64,000 nt of DNA, taken from assembly GCA_000708835.1 (NCBI GenBank), contig DF236983.1:259558-323557 (forward strand). The letters run 5' to 3'. Both the position numbers and the translations under genes were made by a program. The notes beneath the pieces were generated by a model. That model worked only from the letters and a program-made list of their open reading frames with translations, was not told the origin of the DNA and did no database searches. Positions within the stretch are counted from its first letter, which is position 1. The number at the start of each line of letters is the position of its first letter. Of the stretch, positions 57,901 to 64,000 are shown piece by piece. The stretch comes from Klebsormidium nitens. Its lineage: Eukaryota; Plantae; Klebsormidiophyceae.

Positions 57901-60900
57901 CGGTTAGGGTTTAGGATGGGGTTAAGCTTGACGATAGGGTTAAGGTCAAAGCGAGTTAAGGTAACAATCAAGGTTCGAGCAGAAAGGTCAAAGTTAAGAT
58001 CAAGGTCACGGTCAAGGTCAAGGTTGGAAACAAGTTCAGGGTTGGGGTTTGAATTAGTGTCAGCTTCGGAGTGGAGTATCGAAACCACCGGCGCTGGGAT
58101 GGCCGTCGTTGCTCCTGGTCCTTGGCAGTGTTCCAGACCAGCTTCAGATCCGCGTTGGAAGATACTCAACGACTGAGATTTGAGAAGACTCGAATCTGCA
58201 TACAAATGATGGACCCAGGCGCGCTGTGCAATGTGCGTACGCTGAGCAGCACGAACAGAGCTGTTCTCCCTACGCCTGCGGTGCTGTAGACGGACCTCGC
58301 TCGACCAACCTCGTCTCCGCTTTCCTCACCTGGAGACCCACTTCTCCGCTCGCCGCCGAAACCACCCCATTTTCGCTCGCCGCAGGCTCCGCTCGCCGTC
58401 CTCCCAGACTCTGTACCCCTACTTTTTCCCCAGATCGCCGTTCTTCTTGTCCTTTGGTTCTAGGGAGTTGTCCCGCAGACGGGCCCGCCAAGTTTTCCAG
58501 CCCCTTGTGGTCCTTGATGGTGGCCCCCTCTTGAACTTGTCGAGCGAGGGACTGAAGCGCGGTCGAGGGTATCTGCAAAAGTGGAGTCGGTGGATGTGAA
58601 CATGAGCTTGCAGGAGGCGAGCGAGAAGGAGAACAATGATGACACATGGGGGACGGATGAGGTGAGGCAACCATAAAACCTTGAGGACGATCGTCCTCTC
58701 AATAAAGAGTTCGTGGTCTCCTTCAGATGAGAAAGAATCCCAGAAAAAGGGAACGCACGAAGTTCAGAGGTCCTCGTGGCGCTGAAACAGCACAGCCACG
58801 TGCAATCAGTAGCGGCCCTCTAAACATGAACGTCTCCTCTGACTGTGGGCGCCGACTTCGAATCACGACACATAGGCAGAGCTCACAACCCGGGAGCGGT
58901 CTTTTTCAGGATTAAACTAGCTTGGAGAGATTCCTTATGGACCGGACTGCTGGAGTTGGCTAGTACGACAGCGGTGCGCTGTTGTGACTGGACCGGAATT
59001 TCCTCTAACACCGAGTACGCAAACGGATGCACGGCCGAACTGGATGTCGACCAGCCGCATGCAAGGACGGGGACCGTTGATATCGGACTACTCTTCAAAG
59101 TTCGCAGATCGCCTAAAGTTGGTGGAAGCTCACCGGTAGCTCTCCATCTTGCTTTTCGTAGAATAGGGTGTACACCTCCCGACTCTCCCGCCGTTCGGCG
59201 GCCATGTACCACAGGAGTTCAGTAACTCGGTCGTCGTCGCATTCGTACCAGCGCCCACCTTTCTGTGAGCGACAGAACGGGAATCAGTCGGCAGTCCATG
59301 ACATAACGTGGACGTAGAGCTTTCAAACGATAGAACCGCAGATTTGACACTTGATGATGCAGGCGCCGTGCAGTGGCCGAATGAGATGAAGCTATCGCGG
59401 TGTTATGCAAATGACTCCGGTAGGGGTCAGCTAGATAGAGTGTCTAGGTACAAGGTTTGCGAAGCAGAATTCGGGAGAGCTAGATGAATCCATTGAGCAG
59501 ATCAGACGGTGACTTCATCAAACGTCATCTAGACCTCTGCAAGCGCCCATGCCAGGCGCTCATCAGGCCTGCTTTCTCCAAGATGTGAGGAGGGTGTGAC
59601 GGTAACAAACATGGACCTCCCAACATACTTGAAATGCGAAGACAAATCCACAAACGGAGGAGCTTTCAAACCGAGCTTGCAACCAAACTGGTAGCTCACC
59701 TCCACGTGGCTAAAGTAGTGGCCGCTGGTTACACGTGCGCCCTTATGAAAGACGGCTCCACGAAGTTTGAACCGTGCGGTCCTTGCCCCGACCACACAGC
59801 CGCTGAGGTCCAGGTCCATTGGGTAAGACACGTTCGTGTGCAGCTTGTGTGACCTGCAGAAACGAACTGTACTGCGTGAGGATTTGCTCCTTACTTGTGA
59901 TGTCGAACTGGCCCGAAGAGAGTCCCGTGCTCCTCCTGCCTAGGAACGCAGCTTCACAGGCTCAGCTCACACGGCACTGCCTCGTGTTTCTCGAGAGGGA
60001 GAATATTCTGGCACCTAGCGGTCCCGCATCGGAGGCTGATTGCACACAGGATACCGGGGCTCTGTTTCATGCGACGAGGTAAAAGTGTTTTCAGCGCACG
60101 TGCTTTGAAAGGCAAGGTTTCTCACCCCAGCCGGTCTGTGTAGAAGCGCGCCAGATGCACCACCAGGCACTTAGGGAGGTCTTCGTACAGCATCACCCTC
60201 TCGAAGGCGTGATTCGTGTGGCACGTATGGCACGTGAGGTCTGTGAGCCGCTCAGATTTGCACTTGCGGATGAAGCAGTCCTCAAGGCGGACGGCATCGC
60301 CGGTGACGTAAGCGTCGGTCGGCAGCGGCACGTGGATGAGGGAGGATACCTCCTTCACTTCGTCCGAAGTATTTCGACACTGGTCGCTGAACGTAAAGCG
60401 TGTGGACCGTACATAAACAAAAAGAAGAAGCAATTCGAAGTGATTTGCCTGCTTCAAGGAACTTAGATATTCTTTGCCAAACCCGAAAGGGCCCAGCAGT
60501 AACACAAGCATTTCTCGTGGATTGTCAATACAGGACGCAGGCTCAGACGAGCACGATCACGTGCACTTGCCAAGAGGCAATTCTTAGCGAGGTTTCAAAT
60601 CACGATACGCCCGCAAAAAGATGATACTGTATACAATGGCAAAAAGCGAGCTCTTGATAGCTTCTCCCAACACAACAACTGTTTGTCAGAGGACAACTCT
60701 TACTAACTAGGACGAAGTTCGAACGCCCTACCTAAATTCCTTGAGCAGCTCGTGATAAAGAACTGGGAGGGTGAAAAGTACTAACCAGGAAGTCGTTGTC
60801 GATCAACGGCACGTGAGGATTCTCCCACGAAAGGACGTTGACTTCCAACCAAAGGTTCTGCACAAACCTTGAGAAGAAATCCTGGAAAAGGTCGAAAGTC

Positions 60901-63816
60901 CCCCGGTCAAATAAGAACTCTTCAAGCTTGCATGTCAGTTCCAAGTCTGGTCATTGCAGACTGCCAAAGCTGACATACGGCCCTTCACATCCTCTAAAAT
61001 TCGGGCATTTGACAAGACGCAGGCGGTGCGATTTGCGAGATGCCAGGACCAAGCTGGAAAATGCAGGATTTAGGGCGCAGCACGAGACAGAAGTTCCTTG
61101 CTGGGACCGTGGTACCTGGGCGTCCTGTTGTTGTTTCGGTCGAAAGTCTGGGAAGGCCGTTTGGACTGCTGGTACAAGTCGTGTAACGGCTCTGCGTGCA
61201 AGATCCCGATCACCGGTGGCAGCCGCACGTGCGAGTTGTCTGCACATTTGTCGTAAAGACACCTGCACGTGCAGAAGCGTATCTGGGCAAAGACGTTCAT
61301 TCCTTTGTCTCGTTTCCAGTATGTAGACCCTTCGACCAGTCAACTTTGTCTTGGACATGGCGCCAGGCAATCAGGAGGAAATAATATTATACCAGCTGCG
61401 TGAAGGTCGGGTCGGAGAACGCAGATCGCCTAAACTTACTGCAACATGTCCGACTGGCTCTTGGTCGATGAATCGGTGGAAGGAGCCAAATACAAGCAGG
61501 GCCTGCAAGACGGAATTCATGTAGCAGGTGTTGCCGAGGTTCGGCAGGCCAATCGGCGGGAGCGACGCGCCTGGCGGTGCACGAACCTGCAAGTTTGAAA
61601 GCGGACACAAGAGTTATCGTTCTGTCACCACGTAGCTGATGAGAAGGGCCTCCCTTACGAGACTCAGGATGCAACACAAAACTCGGGATCCATCCAACAT
61701 ATGAGACTCGGTACCGTCTATCGCAAGAAGCTTAAGGCAAGCGTGCTCGGGAAGCTTTACGTAGGGCGTGCGCATATCAGGAGAGTAAAGGCCGGATTGG
61801 TTCCACCCTCACTTGAGCATGCTCGTTGGCTAAATGGAACTCTTCCAGGCCTTGCGAGAGCTGTCCCTCTTGAACAGCAGATGGGGTCCCGTTGCAGTCC
61901 GACTTCTGCAGAAAAAAATGACCGTGAGTCCCAGCTCCTCTCTCGTCACAGCCTCGAACGGCACATCACGCTGACAGATATGATCAGGGACCCAAGACAG
62001 CATCAAAAGCGTGCCACTATCCAAGTTCGAAGCTGAGTCTCAACGATGCCGATGCTGAAAGAGTGAAGCGAGTCCTCAAGACAATCTGAAGGCGATAAGA
62101 TTCACTCAAACGACGAATTTATTACTCCAAGGGGGACTCTCACATCAAGCATTTAGGAACTTCAGACCTGGAGCTACAAGTGTTCCTAGTAGGCCCCATG
62201 TCGCGTAACATCTGAGTGCTATAACATTCTACAAGCCTACCGTGGGCATGGGATCCTGTGCAACCGTTGGCGGCCCCGCGCCGTCCCCGGGAAGCAGCGG
62301 GCTTGGCCACGGCTGTCCACCGACCGTATGCTGCGTTGGCGCGCCAGATGGGACCGTATCTGACTCTGCCCCTGCCCAGTCTCGTGTCGCTGCATTCGGT
62401 GCCCCTCTTCTCCAAGCCGCCGAAACTCCCGCAATTTCCTCACCCCCCGAGGCACGTCGGGCTGCCACGTGGCAAGCCCCCCCGCTAACCGTCTGGTCGA
62501 TCGCTTTGCCCTTGCGCGCGGCGTCTCGGCAGGCGCGCGCGGTGCACAGTTGCTCGCACACTGGGCAAAGGCCGGCCCACGTGACTGCAAGCGGGAATGG
62601 ATGCTGGCTCCCTAGCGCGTCAGCCAGGGTGCGTGTGCACGCTGCGTGCCACCTCCGTGCACATCCGTTGCTCTCGCAAGCACGAAGGGGCGCTTTGCCT
62701 GATTCACAAAGATAGCAGACTTCCATTTTCGCGTCGCTGGCGACGACTTCCGCGTACGTTTTCCCCGGGGTCTGACCCATCCGCGCGCGGTGGGCAATCC
62801 TCTCCCATCCATTCGCCCCTGCTCTCGTTGCGCTACTGGTCCCCGCCGCCTCTTTGGCCTCGGTCGTTCCGCGACTTACCCTCTGTCCGCTGCTCTGATC
62901 GCTTTCAGAAGGCCCTGGCGAACTCAGGCTCACCAGACGCGGACGGGGCTCCACGCGCCTCCGCAGGGTCTCCCGCGAAATGCTCAGTTCTGACACCTCC
63001 TGCGATAAGGTGTCTTCCACTTCCGATAGGGCCCCTAATTCTCCGTTGCAAGCGCTGCTTTTCGCTGTGGGCAGACCATCAAGTTCCATGGGGGTAGGGG
63101 CTTCTGGAATGTGAGGCAGGCCGCCGGCAGCGTCCGTCCCTGCCTTCCCCAAAACCTTGAAACAACTCGCGGAATCGTCTTGACCAGGCAACCCTCTCTG
63201 CACCCCAAGTGCCCGAGCTTCGTCGGCTCCATTTTTGCGGATTACCTGCCCATCCCATGACGTGAAGCGCTTGAGCTCCTGCCGGCTCCTGGGCGAAATG
63301 ACCGACTCCCCGTCGACGCTCCCCCGCCGCTTCCCTGGCGTCCCCCGAGCGGCAATACGAAGATTTTCGTCCTGCTCACACTCCTGCTCCGCACTCAAAA
63401 CGTCCGATCTCGTATCCCCCCCGGCCAGCGATTGCTGTACCCACCCACCCCTGCCGGCCCGCCGCTCTGAAGTTGCCCCACTCGGCTTGACACCGGACAC
63501 CCCTTGCCGTCCTGCATACCGCCCGCTGCCGCTTGCTTCTCCCTCCCCTGCGTTTGGCCGGGGGTACCCCCCGGGGAGCAAATGCCGCAGCTCTACGGTT
63601 ATAGCCTCAGGGAGTGGCTTTAGTTTCAGGGGTTCAGTGTCGTTCTTGCAGAGGGTTATCCCGCCTGGCGCCACAAACCAGGAGTGGGGTCGTTCCCGGG
63701 GATCGACGAGCGCCAACAAAGCATCCCTAATCTCGGACACGGAAGCATCCCTACGAAAGGGAATCTGATGATGCTTGCCGCGGATTGTGATTTCAACGGA
63801 GATGGTGCAATTCAAC
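51920..63816 (-). CDS. Very large spliced protein: Ubl(LPGG)-PHD-USP-unknown-CCHC; 5' end probably beyond the window
   Basis: Exons 62241-63816, 61440-61586, 61116-61262, ~60786-60926, ~60126-60406, 59700-59853, 59134-59262, 58330-58572, 56788-57516, 56362-56541, 55869-56004, (~55650-55775), 55031-55376, 54433-54603, 52518-53842 and 51920-52114. Most junctions are phase-consistent, with two or three uncertain. Confidence 0.65.
51991..52032 (-). other. CCHC zinc knuckle (CX2CX4HX4C)
   Basis: CPACGAAEHGQEAC lies in an exon that joins in phase to the 52518-53842 exon. Confidence 0.7.
56215..56240. repeat. (TGA)8 microsatellite in an intron
   Basis: tgatgatgatgatgatgatgatgatg. Confidence 0.95.
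57797..58050. repeat. Interstitial TTAGGG-type telomere-like repeat, degenerating to GGTCAA hexamers
   Basis: ggttagggttagggttaggattatgg at 57797-57822, then a tract with 6-nt periodicity (ggttag/ggttaa/ggtcaa/ggttgg) from about 57857 to 58050. Confidence 0.85.
59134..61586 (-). CDS. Ubiquitin-specific protease (peptidase C19/USP) catalytic domain, part of the large gene
   Basis: Cys box GLPNLGNTCYMNSVLQAL, QQQDAQ, zinc-finger CHTC, LPKCLVVHLARF, KLHTNVSYP, His box LRGAVFHKGARVTSGHYFS, WYECDDDRV and VYTLFY. Confidence 0.92.
62556..62717 (-). other. PHD finger (C4HC3), part of the large gene
   Basis: CYLC-x9-C-x4-C-x4-H-x2-C...CPVC. Confidence 0.85.
63567..63816 (-). other. Ubiquitin-like domain ending in a di-glycine
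   Basis: About 80 aa with a beta-grasp-like pattern (VEITIRGKHHQIPFRRDASVSEIRDALL...ITVELRHLLPGG), followed by a low-complexity linker. Confidence 0.6.
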
Positions 63817-64000
63817 CTGCAACCAAGGAAAAAGCCAATGAGCATCCATGTGGATCAACGAATGAAGGTCTTCAGCATTACATCGATGAAACGTTCTTAC
63901 TCCTGGTGAGCATGGCAGAGGCGCGAAGGCGCCTGGTGATAAACTTCTCGGAGAGAAGGTGGTGAAAAGGTTACACCTTTGGTGGAATCCCGAGACTACA

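Noticed and set aside
57873-58205. Asn-Pro/Leu-Asp repeat ORFs
   Set aside because: They are simply translations of the telomere-like hexamer tract.

Overview
Intron-rich eukaryotic nuclear DNA with GC-rich exons and introns of roughly 300-950 bp in the host gene. The style suggests a streptophyte alga such as Klebsormidium, which is an inference. The centre (10872-31074, minus) is a complete 26-exon homomeric acetyl-CoA carboxylase gene (ACC1). I assembled it by hand into a phase-consistent 7878-nt ORF (2625 aa) with one GC-AG intron and several long in-frame insertions. The most unusual signal is that many ACC1 introns contain same-orientation, degenerate copies of the adjacent exon edge, often including the splice site. 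Acceptor-side copies lie in the upstream intron and donor-side copies in the downstream intron. One exon end is triplicated, and its copies differ from the exon mainly at third codon positions. The left flank (1-8.8 kb) holds partly decayed spliced genes. It ends in a 32-bp repeat / 24-nt unique spacer array (period 56) closed by an inverted copy, followed by TTAGGG-like repeats. The right flank (37-64 kb) looks like cargo of a mobile or virus-derived element: a tRNA-Pro 3' half, a spliced gene with a degenerate HNH-like C-terminus, a Ulp1 protease with one premature stop, a PIF1 helicase fragment, and a minus-strand gene of about 2000 aa or more. That gene joins a ubiquitin-like domain ending LPGG, a PHD finger, a USP deubiquitinase, a long unknown region and a CCHC knuckle, and one of its introns contains telomere-like repeats. 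No transposase, reverse transcriptase, HUH Rep or capsid gene was recognised.
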